From the IMG/VR virus record IMGVR_UViG_3300043399_000587, positions 60,790-124,789 of that record: a DNA stretch of 64,000 bases; one strand, written 5' to 3'. Within the stretch, counting starts at the first letter, position 1, and every line of letters begins with the position of its first letter. This stretch comes from a virus. This document shows, one piece after another, positions 39,452 to 49,241 of the stretch. The position numbers and the translations under genes were made by a program. Below the pieces are notes generated by a model. That model was not told the DNA's origin and searched no databases. It was given only the letters and a program-made list of their open reading frames with translations.

Positions 39452-39670
39452 ATGTTTTCAGTTATTATCAAAAACAAAGATAGTAATGAGATAAGCCGAC
39501 TTGTCAAAGAACTAAAAGATAGTGGTTTGACAGTCGGCGTTGATTTTGATTTTATGTATTCTACCGGTAAGTATGATTGGGAAATGCAAACTGAAATACC
39601 CAGACAAACTGAATTTGTATTTTACAATGAACAGGCAGGTTTAATTTTTTCTTTGAAGTACTTAGATTAG
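39452..39670 (+). CDS. Hypothetical protein
   Basis: 72-aa ORF. Confidence 0.65.
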   Translation: MFSVIIKNKDSNEISRLVKELKDSGLTVGVDFDFMYSTGKYDWEMQTEIPRQTEFVFYNEQAGLIFSLKYLD

Positions 39671-41061
39671 TGCTTCAATAGTAATGTACTTAGAACCCCT
39701 GCACTCTTAGCTGTAATATCTGGTTCACCGGGAGTAATAATGACATTGTATTGAACTGGTGTCTTTTCTTTTCCCCCATTGGTCTTAGCATCCCATTCAT
39801 CATAACTTAATATACTGCTAGGACTTAACTTGTATTCCTGTGCCAATCGATTTTTTAATTCAGGTAACTTACTAGGTATCACTTGCCATTGGCCTTCTGG
39901 ACCCTTAACTAAGTTCTTCTTTTCATCCTTAATTAATAAATCATAGAATAAGTCACTAGGAACAATTCTACTATTTTTTGTTGTTTCTAATTCAGGATCT
40001 TGTGCTTTAATTTTTTTCTCTTGGCTAGTACTTGCACCCTCACTCCAATTGATCATGAAGTTATCTGGTTTTTTACCTAATGCAACGTCAGCAACTTTCG
40101 TATATGCATAGAAATCAACGTTTGGTAATTCACTTGCTAACTTAAATGCCATTGCAGCATATTCTGGACTAAAGAAATCACCAGCATCATGCCAACGAAT
40201 ACTTACCTTGTAGCCGCCCTTCTTACCTTTTGCTTCTTCTTTAGTAATCTCTGCTTTTAATTGATTGAAGAACCCGTCTGGGTCATTTAACAAATATGTA
40301 AGAATCCTACCGTCGCTTAGCCATGGTCCTTGGAACTGCACCTTACCACCTTTCATAGCAAAGCAATCTACTTTACAACTGCCGGCGCCCGGACAAGTGT
40401 TAACGATAATTAATTCATCCGTTTGTTCGTCAAGTGCAATACCAACTAATGCAGCAAAACCAATATTAAAGAATTGTTCTAATGCACCATCACTATGCTT
40501 CATCTTCTCATTCTTTTTGAGAAGTGCTTTTGGTCTTTCTGCTAGTGCTGCCTTAATGGCATCAGTATTATATTTTTTACCTTCTTCGTTATAGTAACCA
40601 ATTACGCTACTGCGGTGAATATATGGTAGTTTGTATTTGTCAGTTTTTTGTTTTTGTTGTGTGCGAATGCGATCTAAATAATCGGTTAACTCTTTATCAC
40701 CGATTGGACGAGTAGGAGCAGCAAGTTTGGTTGCCTCCGCTACACCTTCTTTTTGATTAAGTTCATCGGCCTTTTTCTGAGCAGCATCTTTACTAATGAA
40801 ATCAGTAGCACCTAACTTATTAGCCCATACCCTACGTTTTTGATATCCCGTAATAACATAGTAACGCCCTGTAGCCACAGATTGTTCTACACGCCAATAA
40901 GTAGATTCACCTCTTTTGGCCTCATCAATTTCCTTTTCATCTTCAGGTTCTTCACCGGCATCACTCTTAGCAACGAATTGCTGAGGTGTCATAATTTGTA
41001 TACCTTCAGGGGCTCCAGGTAGTTTTGGTTCGGCGCCTTCCATTAATTCTATGTATTTCAT
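39667..41061 (-). CDS. Gp88-like protein with head-targeting-like N-terminal region
   Basis: TCPGAGSCKVDCFA, IRWHDAGDFF, YAYTK; MKYIELME leader, GVAE linker; TAAATA on minus strand at 41115-41120. Confidence 0.7.
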   Translation of the reverse strand: MKYIELMEGAEPKLPGAPEGIQIMTPQQFVAKSDAGEEPEDEKEIDEAKRGESTYWRVEQSVATGRYYVITGYQKRRVWANKLGATDFISKDAAQKKADELNQKEGVAEATKLAAPTRPIGDKELTDYLDRIRTQQKQKTDKYKLPYIHRSSVIGYYNEEGKKYNTDAIKAALAERPKALLKKNEKMKHSDGALEQFFNIGFAALVGIALDEQTDELIIVNTCPGAGSCKVDCFAMKGGKVQFQGPWLSDGRILTYLLNDPDGFFNQLKAEITKEEAKGKKGGYKVSIRWHDAGDFFSPEYAAMAFKLASELPNVDFYAYTKVADVALGKKPDNFMINWSEGASTSQEKKIKAQDPELETTKNSRIVPSDLFYDLLIKDEKKNLVKGPEGQWQVIPSKLPELKNRLAQEYKLSPSSILSYDEWDAKTNGGKEKTPVQYNVIITPGEPDITAKSAGVLSTLLLKH

Positions 41062-41136
41062 GTTGATTTCCGTAAATTTGACAATAAATTATCTTTTGTG
41101 TTACACTATATAGATATTTATCATATTGGACATCTT

Positions 41137-42171
41137 ATGCACACTTTCGACACATCCATTAAACGCATCGGCTTTGCATGCAAATGGGCAGAAATCAACA
41201 AAAAAAAGGAAATCGTTAGTACCGAAGGTCTCAATACAGGCGGTACTACCCATGCATGGGCTAAACGTCAAAAATCTAGGAAAATTGTTGAAGACAAGCT
41301 TATTGATGTTGCCAAACGCAATATTCTTAATACTCATGCACTTGTCAAAAAAGTAGCACAATTGCCAAAACCACTGCGTATGTTGCGTATCACCAGTGAC
41401 ATGTTTTCATTCTACACTATGGATGAATACAAAGACTTTTGGCATAGCACTGAAGTTCAGAATTCCCTCGAACGTTGGATGGCTCCAATTGGCGAAACTG
41501 CGCGCCAGCACGATGTTCGTCTTAGTTTTCACCCAGACCAATTCGTAGTTCTTGCGAGTGATCGTCCTGAGGTAGTAAATAAGAGTATAGAGGAGTTTGA
41601 ATATCATGCAGATATGGCCCGTTTCATGGGGTACGGTAAACAATTTCAGGACATTAAAATCAACGTCCACATCTCGGGTCGCGCCGGTCCAGAAGGCATC
41701 CGACAGGCCTACAAGAGATTGTCTACAGAAGCACGAAATGGTCTCACAATCGAAAACGAAGAAATCAGTTGGGGTCTCGATTCTTGCTTAGAATTGTCTG
41801 ATCTTGTTCCCATCGTACTAGATATTCATCACCACTGGATACACACAGGAGAATACATTGAAAATAATGACGACCGTATTAAAATGGTTATTGATAGTTG
41901 GCGTGGTGTTCGCCCTGCTATGCACTATTCCGTCTCTAGGGAAGATGTACTTATTGGCCATCCCGGACACGAACGCCCCGCTCTTCGGACGCTACTAGAG
42001 AGTGGGCATAACAAGCAAAAGCTACGTGCCCATAGTGACTACTACTGGAACAAAGCCGTCAATCAATGGGCTGTGTCACACAACGAATGGGCAGACATTA
42101 TGTGTGAGAGCAAGGCGAAAAATCTCGCATCATTCAAACTTTATGAGGAATATGTAAATGGGAATATTTGA
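41137..42171 (+). CDS. uvsE: UV damage endonuclease
   Basis: RIGFAC, RITSD, SFHPDQF, IENE, DIHHH, AHSD, ESKAK. Confidence 0.9.
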   Translation: MHTFDTSIKRIGFACKWAEINKKKEIVSTEGLNTGGTTHAWAKRQKSRKIVEDKLIDVAKRNILNTHALVKKVAQLPKPLRMLRITSDMFSFYTMDEYKDFWHSTEVQNSLERWMAPIGETARQHDVRLSFHPDQFVVLASDRPEVVNKSIEEFEYHADMARFMGYGKQFQDIKINVHISGRAGPEGIRQAYKRLSTEARNGLTIENEEISWGLDSCLELSDLVPIVLDIHHHWIHTGEYIENNDDRIKMVIDSWRGVRPAMHYSVSREDVLIGHPGHERPALRTLLESGHNKQKLRAHSDYYWNKAVNQWAVSHNEWADIMCESKAKNLASFKLYEEYVNGNI

Positions 42172-42619
42172 CAAGCTATTTGGTAAAAAAGAGGTAAAGG
42201 AGCCCTTGCCGGCTCCTAGTCCGGTTTCTGAACCCAAACCTGAAAAAGAGAAAAAACCTCGTAAACCTCGCAAACCTCGCGCAAAGACACCTCCCAAAGA
42301 GTTGTCACCTAAAGAATTAGCGACACAGAACGGCGAACCCTACATTAACATTCTTAAAATGGAACTAGATCCCAATGATGTTAATAATGGGGCATTTGAA
42401 CTTGATTGGAATGATAAATTCGTACTGAATCTGATACGTGCCGGATACAAGATTCGTAAGGAAGATACTGAACAACAAATTGTGGATCGTTGGTTTCAAA
42501 CAGTCTGTAGAAACATTGCATTGGAAATTTATGAACAACAGCAAGCAGATCCTGATAAACGTGACATGAGGGTAATTAGGTCTAGAGATATAGGTGATGG
42601 TAGGTCTGAGGTCAGTTAA
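42158..42619 (+). CDS. Hypothetical protein with Lys/Pro-rich N-terminus
   Basis: 153-aa ORF; FELDWND. Confidence 0.75.
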   Translation: MGIFDKLFGKKEVKEPLPAPSPVSEPKPEKEKKPRKPRKPRAKTPPKELSPKELATQNGEPYINILKMELDPNDVNNGAFELDWNDKFVLNLIRAGYKIRKEDTEQQIVDRWFQTVCRNIALEIYEQQQADPDKRDMRVIRSRDIGDGRSEVS

Positions 42620-42705
42620 TATTTTGGATACCCAAAAATCGTTGACATTTAATCTAAATAGTAGTATATTTACGACTGTCTGTACCACTATATACTATCC
42701 CACAC

Positions 42706-43701
42706 ATGAATTACGCACTCATTGATACTGCAAACACTTTCTTCCGTGCCCGACACATTGCCAGTCGCAATAGCGATACTTGGGAAAAAATCGGTATGGC
42801 CCTACATCTCACACTAGCAAGTGTGAACCAAGTAGTTCGCAATCACAAGATTGACCACGTTGTATTCTGTCTGGAAGGCAGATCATGGCGTAAGGAATAC
42901 TACAAGCCATACAAAGCCAATCGTAAACTTGATGAGTCGGTTATGACCGACACAGAAATCGAGGAAAACAAAATGTTCTGGGAAACGTATGAAATGTTTA
43001 CTACATTTCTGCGTGAGAAGACCAACGTGTCTGTACTGCGTGAACCCAACGCTGAGGCAGATGACTTAATTGCCCGATTTATTCACCTGCATCCCAATGA
43101 CTCGCATTACATTATTAGTTCTGATACTGATTACGTTCAGCTTATTGATGAAAACGTGTTCCAATACAATGGCGTATCAAACGAACTCATCACACTCAAT
43201 GGGTTCTTCAAGGACAACGGAAAGCCTGTACTAGATAAAAAAACTAAGCAACATAAATTGCTAGAAGATCCGCAATATCTACTTTTCAAAAAGTGCATGC
43301 GAGGTGATGCCACTGACAATGTATTCAGTGCTTATCCTGGTGTTCGTGAGAAAGGTAGCAAGAACAAAGTTGGTCTTGTCGAGGCTTATGCTGATCGTAC
43401 AAAGCAGGGTTTCAACTGGAACAACATGATGCTACAACGTTGGTTGGATCACGATGGTGTTGAACATCGTGTGCGTGAGGATTATGAACGCAACCGTACA
43501 CTGATTGATTTGACTGCACAGCCTCAGGATGTAAAGAATCGTGTCGATACTGCAATTCGTCAGGGTGTACGTATTGAAACTACTCCTCAAGTTGGTGTTC
43601 ACTTCATGAAATTCTGTGGCAAGTATGAACTGACCAAAATCAGTGAACAAGTCGAAACGTATGCTAAGTGGCTCAACAATCCATATAAAGGTTCTTTGTA
43701 A
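42706..43701 (+). CDS. rnh: T4 RNase H-like 5'-3' exonuclease
   Basis: LID, WRK..Y..YKANR, EADD, SSDTD, GDATDNV. Confidence 0.9.
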   Translation: MNYALIDTANTFFRARHIASRNSDTWEKIGMALHLTLASVNQVVRNHKIDHVVFCLEGRSWRKEYYKPYKANRKLDESVMTDTEIEENKMFWETYEMFTTFLREKTNVSVLREPNAEADDLIARFIHLHPNDSHYIISSDTDYVQLIDENVFQYNGVSNELITLNGFFKDNGKPVLDKKTKQHKLLEDPQYLLFKKCMRGDATDNVFSAYPGVREKGSKNKVGLVEAYADRTKQGFNWNNMMLQRWLDHDGVEHRVREDYERNRTLIDLTAQPQDVKNRVDTAIRQGVRIETTPQVGVHFMKFCGKYELTKISEQVETYAKWLNNPYKGSL

Positions 43702-43928
43702 TGAAACTAACTAGCAAGACTAGCGGCATACGCACAATTAGGTCTGCTGATCCAGACTTTATTATCAGAAATGATTTGATGGTAGTACCACGCGCCGGCT
43801 TTGAAGTTAGTGATAAATGTCCTGCAGAATACAAATGTATTCTTTTAGAGTGTATTAATAATAAATGGTTACTACCTGTTGCTCACGTTAAAGATAGTGA
43901 ATTATTTTGGGATGCATTTTCAAAATGA
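43701..43928 (+). CDS. Hypothetical protein
   Basis: Coupled ORF. Confidence 0.65.
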   Translation: MKLTSKTSGIRTIRSADPDFIIRNDLMVVPRAGFEVSDKCPAEYKCILLECINNKWLLPVAHVKDSELFWDAFSK

Positions 43929-44224
43929 CTACTAATACAAAATTATTGTGTAAGGATTGCAAACATAGTTTTGTTCCGTTGTTCGGAAGAATTGCATCTC
44001 TTCCGTTTGCGCCTGAAGCGGTATTTTACAAATGTAAACTTTCTAAAAAAGAAAAACATGTTCATTTCAACCCGGTAACTGGGCCTCGTCGTGTAGAGAC
44101 AACTTATGATAGTTGCAGCATAGTACGATCAACTTGGAACGAACTATGCGGAGAAGAAGGCAAGTCTTGGACTCCCAAAAATAAAAAACATTTATTTCTT
44201 GCAATTACAAGAGGTGAATCATGA
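43925..44224 (+). CDS. Cys-containing hypothetical protein
   Basis: CKDCKH...C...C...CG. Confidence 0.65.
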   Translation: MTTNTKLLCKDCKHSFVPLFGRIASLPFAPEAVFYKCKLSKKEKHVHFNPVTGPRRVETTYDSCSIVRSTWNELCGEEGKSWTPKNKKHLFLAITRGES

Positions 44225-44679
44225 AGAAAATTTTCTATGAAAAAATTGGTCGTAAGTATGTTCCTGTAAAGGAGTATGATCAAACTCTTATGGATGCTAT
44301 GCCCAAAGGTGCTCACTTAGTATGTGTGTATCCTGGTGGACAAAGCACACGTTATAATGTGAATGTTGCTTATGCACCTATGATTGCTGCCGGTCGAGTA
44401 GCCCAAGATGCAGTGTGCAAAGCTATTGCGAAGGCGCAAGAAGTCAGACCTAAATCTCAGCCTTTCACTGAACATCAAATGAAGCTATGGCGTGAATTGG
44501 CCGAAAGCTTTCGTCAATATGATTATCCACTGATTTGGCCTGCTGCTGTAGATGCAGGAGAAGCCGCAGTAAAGGCTATGATGGAAGAAGCAGAAAAGCT
44601 TATGACACATCCTAGCGTTAAAAAAGCCTATGAACACTTTCTACTTGTGTGTGAGTTGACTAAAGATGAGCAAACCTGA
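44221..44679 (+). CDS. Hypothetical protein (paralog of 57401-57856)
   Basis: KKIFYEKIGRKYVPVKEYD. Confidence 0.8.
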   Translation: MKKIFYEKIGRKYVPVKEYDQTLMDAMPKGAHLVCVYPGGQSTRYNVNVAYAPMIAAGRVAQDAVCKAIAKAQEVRPKSQPFTEHQMKLWRELAESFRQYDYPLIWPAAVDAGEAAVKAMMEEAEKLMTHPSVKKAYEHFLLVCELTKDEQT

Positions 44680-44917
44680 TTCAGAACATTTTGACAAATT
44701 AGGTAACCAAATTAAGGTTAATGATGTGGTTGCTGTATCACATCATAACAGCCTTATGATTGCCCGTGTCACAAAATTAAACACTAAGATGATCAAGGTG
44801 AAGGAGTTTAGAAAAACTACATATTCTTGGGATACGGGTGAACATAACAAATATGCGAATGAGACTGTAAAGCTACATGAAGCAGATGCAGTCATGTACA
44901 TATTAAAATATACATGA
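44666..44917 (+). CDS. Hypothetical SH3-like protein
   Basis: DKLGNQIKVNDVV. Confidence 0.65.
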   Translation: MSKPDSEHFDKLGNQIKVNDVVAVSHHNSLMIARVTKLNTKMIKVKEFRKTTYSWDTGEHNKYANETVKLHEADAVMYILKYT

Positions 44918-45117
44918 AGACACGTGAAGAAATTATAACAGAAATGTGCTATACTTATCGTCATGATTACGGTCTTACCCGTAATCATGACGACCCATCC
45001 TGGGTAGCCGGTATGACGGATATAGAACGCAGGGGACTTTGGATGACTATGGCGCAAATATTCGATAATACTGTTGCACCATATATGGAGATGAAAAATG
45101 ATATACCTGAATCTTAA
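44914..45117 (+). CDS. Hypothetical protein
   Basis: MCYTYRHDYGL. Confidence 0.65.
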   Translation: MKTREEIITEMCYTYRHDYGLTRNHDDPSWVAGMTDIERRGLWMTMAQIFDNTVAPYMEMKNDIPES

Positions 45118-45385
45118 TCTTAGAAGCCCGTGGGGAGGTGACTTTAAAAATATTAAAGTTTGGCACGGTAAAACACCTATTTCCAATAAGTATTGGGAAG
45201 TTCAAATAATCAAAAATGACAATTGGCTTAGATTTGAGTTTGACTTCACCATACGACAAGACCACGCCGGCATAAACCTAGAACTAGGACTGTTCAAATA
45301 CGAAATTCACTTTACGATTTATGATAATCGTCATTGGAACTATATAAATAACAGCTGGGAGAAATATGAAAAATCTAATCGCTAA
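45098..45385 (+). CDS. Hypothetical protein (paralog of 57127-57423)
   Basis: WHGKTP..NKYWE...IYDNRHW. Confidence 0.75.
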   Translation: MIYLNLNLRSPWGGDFKNIKVWHGKTPISNKYWEVQIIKNDNWLRFEFDFTIRQDHAGINLELGLFKYEIHFTIYDNRHWNYINNSWEKYEKSNR

Positions 45386-45824
45386 ACCAATTATCAAAGA
45401 CCAATATTGGGTGGTCACTGATGGTGATCAAAAAGTAGGAAATGTAGTTGCCGAAGGATCAGGGTTATCACTAATAATGAATGGTAAATCCACTCATTTT
45501 TCAGATACTAATGACCTCAAGAAACAGACTAGAATCCAGTTTCAATCGTTAAAGACTAACAAGACAAAGATAGAACTGCCCTTCGCACATTACCCTACGA
45601 CTAGTAAAGTCTATAATTCAGTCTTGGATATTAAACGCAAACTGCATTTGTTCACTAAGACTGCAAAAAGTAAATGCTACTATGCTGCAGGATGGTTTGT
45701 AATTAACCAAAATGGAGTAAATGAGAAAGTTTTTTGTCCCAAATACATCTTTATTCAACGTTATCCCTATCAAGGTCCGTTTAAAACAGAAACCGAAGCG
45801 GAAAACATGATAAATAATCTATGA
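45366..45824 (+). CDS. Hypothetical protein
   Basis: 152-aa ORF. Confidence 0.75.
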   Translation: MKNLIAKPIIKDQYWVVTDGDQKVGNVVAEGSGLSLIMNGKSTHFSDTNDLKKQTRIQFQSLKTNKTKIELPFAHYPTTSKVYNSVLDIKRKLHLFTKTAKSKCYYAAGWFVINQNGVNEKVFCPKYIFIQRYPYQGPFKTETEAENMINNL

Positions 45825-46027
45825 TACACATCAAGCGTTTTATTGATAGAGTTTCTATGATAGAGAACAAACAAGGTAAAGATTTTGTTATGCCCATTAT
45901 TGAAGCCCGTGGGTTACGTGATGAGTTAGCCAAACTATTAGCAGATAAATACCAATTAAACCAAGACAAGAAACCAGATGAGGAGCCAGTCATCAAAGTA
46001 GAAATAAAGGGTGGAAGTTTTAAATGA
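45821..46027 (+). CDS. Hypothetical protein
   Basis: TAAATA 4 nt upstream. Confidence 0.7.
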   Translation: MIHIKRFIDRVSMIENKQGKDFVMPIIEARGLRDELAKLLADKYQLNQDKKPDEEPVIKVEIKGGSFK

Positions 46028-46323
46028 GTCGAACACAGTCCAAAATTTTATTAGAACTTGTAGATAAAGTCACTTACAAATGTGATCAAATTGTAGAAGC
46101 CTCGGGTATTTGGGCTGTATTTTATGACGGTCAACCTATAAATTTAAAATCTTCACATTACCTAGATAACGAAGCCACTCCCAAATACAAAAAAACTAGC
46201 TTTAGCAATCCGGGTCATGCACGTAATCTGTGCAGAAAACTTAACACACAATTCAAGACTAATAAGTTTACAGTCGTGTTTATGAATTCTGGAAATGTTG
46301 TTTATCCAGATGAGCAATCTTAA
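46024..46323 (+). CDS. Hypothetical protein
   Basis: KYKKTSFSNPGHA. Confidence 0.7.
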   Translation: MSRTQSKILLELVDKVTYKCDQIVEASGIWAVFYDGQPINLKSSHYLDNEATPKYKKTSFSNPGHARNLCRKLNTQFKTNKFTVVFMNSGNVVYPDEQS

Positions 46324-46708
46324 ATCAATCAAACAAAAAATTACAGAAACAGTTTTGGCTGAAATTCCTAAGTCACATAGAATATATCATGAATTACCCA
46401 TTGAAGATGTTATATTTAAATGGTGGTTCACTGGTAGACAAGAAGGGCTACGATTGACAGATGAGGGTGTTGCTGCGTTTCAATTGGCTGATATTACTTT
46501 TTATGATTGTGAGTTTGTTCAAGACGGACAAAGCTATCATAGTTTTGTACTAGAACTTAATAAAAAAATTCAATGTCCATATTATTTGGGTGTTAACAAA
46601 AAAGCATCATCTAGAAAATTCTACATTAGAATTTATGACGGTAAAATTGCAATGATGTTAGGATTGTATGGTAATCTTCAAGAATACTTAAAATCTATAA
46701 AAAGTTAA
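46310..46708 (+). CDS. Hypothetical protein
   Basis: GLRLTDEG, CPYY. Confidence 0.7.
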   Translation: MSNLKSIKQKITETVLAEIPKSHRIYHELPIEDVIFKWWFTGRQEGLRLTDEGVAAFQLADITFYDCEFVQDGQSYHSFVLELNKKIQCPYYLGVNKKASSRKFYIRIYDGKIAMMLGLYGNLQEYLKSIKS

Positions 46709-47196
46709 TACCAAACCCCTTCATTCCTCATTCGTTTGACAAATGAGAGGTAATTACTAATTATGCCATAGCAACGTAATTTAACTGTACTAAACAATGC
46801 ACGATCTTGTATTTCTGGTAGAAATACAATACTTTGGTTATTCGTTGGAACAGTACCCGGTGTAATATATTGACCACCACTGGCTATTGTATAAGGAGGA
46901 GGGGGAGTCGATGCTAAAAACCAAAAATAGTTGGGATATAATTTAATTGGCTGAGATGATATCCAATTTTGCATATCAATATTTCTAGCATTTATCCAAA
47001 ATTTAGGTCCCTTTAAATATTCAGGAGATACTTCAATAGTAGGTTGAGTAGAACCTAAATATAGTTTGTTATTGACACGCCAAACATCTACCATGCAGGC
47101 AAATCCTGCATTAAAAGCTTTTCCTATTTGATTTGGAGTATTAGCATCTTGAAAGTTATTACCATCAAAAATGCCTTGATATGAAATGTACAACAT
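46705..47196 (-). CDS. Glycerophosphodiester phosphodiesterase-like protein, degenerate active site
   Basis: MLYISYQG...NTP..I..A...G...VDVW...LYLG; TAAATA 4 nt upstream. Confidence 0.55.
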   Translation of the reverse strand: MLYISYQGIFDGNNFQDANTPNQIGKAFNAGFACMVDVWRVNNKLYLGSTQPTIEVSPEYLKGPKFWINARNIDMQNWISSQPIKLYPNYFWFLASTPPPPYTIASGGQYITPGTVPTNNQSIVFLPEIQDRALFSTVKLRCYGIISNYLSFVKRMRNEGVWY

Positions 47197-47303
47197 TATG
47201 TATTTAGTCTTAATTGGGTAAAGACTTATCAAAACACCAGGCTCTGAATTGTTAAATACTATACACAGAAACAATGCTGTGCTTAACTTAAAAAGGAAAT
47301 TTT

Positions 47304-47531
47304 ATGAAACTAGTATTAGCTCTTATCGCATCATTCGGTCTTGCTACTGCATTCGCAGCCGAACCTGCAAAGAAGGAAGACAAGAAGGCTGAAGCCAAAC
47401 CAGCTGCTGCAACTGTTGCAAAGAAGGAAGAAATGAAACTTCCTGCTAAAAAGGACGACACCAAGAAAAGTGATGCGTCCAAACCCGCAGTAAAGGCTGA
47501 AGATAAAAAAGCTGAAGCTACTAAGAAGTAA
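47304..47531 (+). CDS. Secreted Lys/Ala-rich small protein
   Basis: Signal peptide ending AFA; AEPAKKEDKK-type low complexity; AAGGA RBS. Confidence 0.75.
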   Translation: MKLVLALIASFGLATAFAAEPAKKEDKKAEAKPAAATVAKKEEMKLPAKKDDTKKSDASKPAVKAEDKKAEATKK

Positions 47532-47608
47532 ATCAAAGTTAGATATTGATGACGATCTTAGTGATTATGTCAAGTTTAGAACTAGACAATTAGCACTGTG
47601 AAAATACA

Positions 47609-47634
47609 ATGAGAAATGGGGCCCCATTTCTCAT
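47609..47634. repeat. Perfect 26-bp palindrome
   Basis: ATGAGAAATGGGG|CCCCATTTCTCAT. Confidence 0.85.
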
Positions 47635-47701
47635 AAGTTTAAATTTATTGATAAATATATTGACAGAGAAAATCTGTTTTACACACACAAAGGAGATTAT
47701 T

Positions 47702-47986
47702 ATGACACCTCAATTTGAAATGCCAAAAATGCCAGATGTAAAATTTACTAAATCTGGGTATGAAATTCGTACTGAAATACTTAGCATGGCTAAGGATATA
47801 GTAATCAATGATTACCATACAAAGTGGCAAGGCTGGGAAGTTACTGCTGAGCGAGATTCCAAGACAGGACAAATCGTTACTAAGGTAGATATGCCAGCAT
47901 TTCCAGGACTAGAACAAGTACTTGAAACTGCACAAAAGATGTATGATTTTGTCAATGCTGGAAATGTATCTAAGCCAAAAAAATAA
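47702..47986 (+). CDS. Hypothetical protein
   Basis: AAGGAG RBS; TAAATA at 47652. Confidence 0.75.
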   Translation: MTPQFEMPKMPDVKFTKSGYEIRTEILSMAKDIVINDYHTKWQGWEVTAERDSKTGQIVTKVDMPAFPGLEQVLETAQKMYDFVNAGNVSKPKK

Positions 47987-48041
47987 TTTGACAAAAATGT
48001 AGTTATCTACTACAATAGACATATTTTAACCATTGTTAGAT

Positions 48042-48355
48042 ATGTCTAAAAGTCAAAGACAAAATATAACCGCGGTGATCTTGATCGTCGCGGTCGTGTT
48101 TTGAGTATTGGTCAAAACAGCTATATCAAAACTCATCCTATTCAGGCTAAACATGCCGAAAAAGTGGGTGAACCCTACAAACAATTTCTTCATGCAGAAA
48201 TTCATGCTATTGTTCGGTGTCCCGACATTAAAAAGGCACATCGTATTTTTGTTAGTAGGTTTGATCGTGATGGCAATCCTACACTAGCAGCACCTTGTCC
48301 TATCTGCATGAGTGCTATTCTTGCCACTGGCATTAAGATTATTGAACATACTTAA
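48042..48355 (+). pseudogene. Zn-dependent cytidine/dCMP deaminase-like gene with apparent 1-nt frameshift near 48081
   Basis: HAE and PCPIC motifs; MSKSQRQNITAVI and DRRGRVLSIG are in different frames. Confidence 0.65.
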
Positions 48356-48360
48356 AAATC

Positions 48361-48624
48361 ATGAAATTCTACAAAATCAGAAAAAAGAGTAATCCAAGTC
48401 TTTATCGTTTGGCTGGGACTCGTCCATCATGGAACAAGACAGGCAAGACCTGGGATACAATTGGCAAACTTCGTGCAATGATTACCAATGTAATTAATAG
48501 TAATTATTATAACGAAGATTTAGGTGATTGGGAAATTGTTGAATATAATGTAACCGAAGCAGATTCTAAACCTGTACATGAAGTCATAAGCCATAAAAAT
48601 CTGTTGACGATGTTGACACGATAA
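48361..48624 (+). CDS. Hypothetical protein
   Basis: 87-aa ORF. Confidence 0.65.
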   Translation: MKFYKIRKKSNPSLYRLAGTRPSWNKTGKTWDTIGKLRAMITNVINSNYYNEDLGDWEIVEYNVTEADSKPVHEVISHKNLLTMLTR

Positions 48625-48681
48625 TTTGACACAAAATAGACATTGTGTTATACTGTATCTTACGCTGAGTAAAACAGTTCG

Positions 48682-48975
48682 ATGAAGAAAATCATAGTCA
48701 CGACTTGGGCTGACCATGGCATCGAGCCAGATTTTAATTCTGGACGATGGGTGCAGTTGGGTAGTCCTACACTGTTGAATTTCTTCCTTACTGGATTGCC
48801 AGGCGGTAAGTTCTATGTAACCAAAAACTTTCCCTATATTCAATATCGTCCTTCCAAGACTCCTTTTAAGAATCATAAATCCACGATGGTTGATAAAAAT
48901 CAACTAGAATGGCCACGTGGTTTTGGTGTGGATGGTTTTGTCAAGGGACTTTTGGGACAGAGAAAAATTAAATAA
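48682..48975 (+). CDS. Hypothetical early protein
   Basis: Follows promoter 48626. Confidence 0.6.
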   Translation: MKKIIVTTWADHGIEPDFNSGRWVQLGSPTLLNFFLTGLPGGKFYVTKNFPYIQYRPSKTPFKNHKSTMVDKNQLEWPRGFGVDGFVKGLLGQRKIK

Positions 48976-49019
48976 TTGGTTGACACAAAATAGCCACAGT
49001 GCGCAAGACGGAGTACGAA

Positions 49020-49181
49020 ATGACCATTTTTCGACACAATAACGGTAAACTGTATACTTTGGAACTCGTAAGGCGACGTATGTATACTGAGGCACCGCAA
49101 CTGGTTGCTACGCCTTATCGTCACAACGAACTTGTCAAACGTCCTGTGATGAAAGACTTTATTGCCGTAGCGACCCGGTGA
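49020..49181 (+). CDS. Hypothetical early protein
   Basis: GGAG RBS in repeated leader. Confidence 0.6.
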   Translation: MTIFRHNNGKLYTLELVRRRMYTEAPQLVATPYRHNELVKRPVMKDFIAVATR

Positions 49182-49241
49182 TTTGACATTAAATCGGGCT
49201 AGTGCTATACTGTATTTCTAGTGAGCAAGACGGAGTACGTA

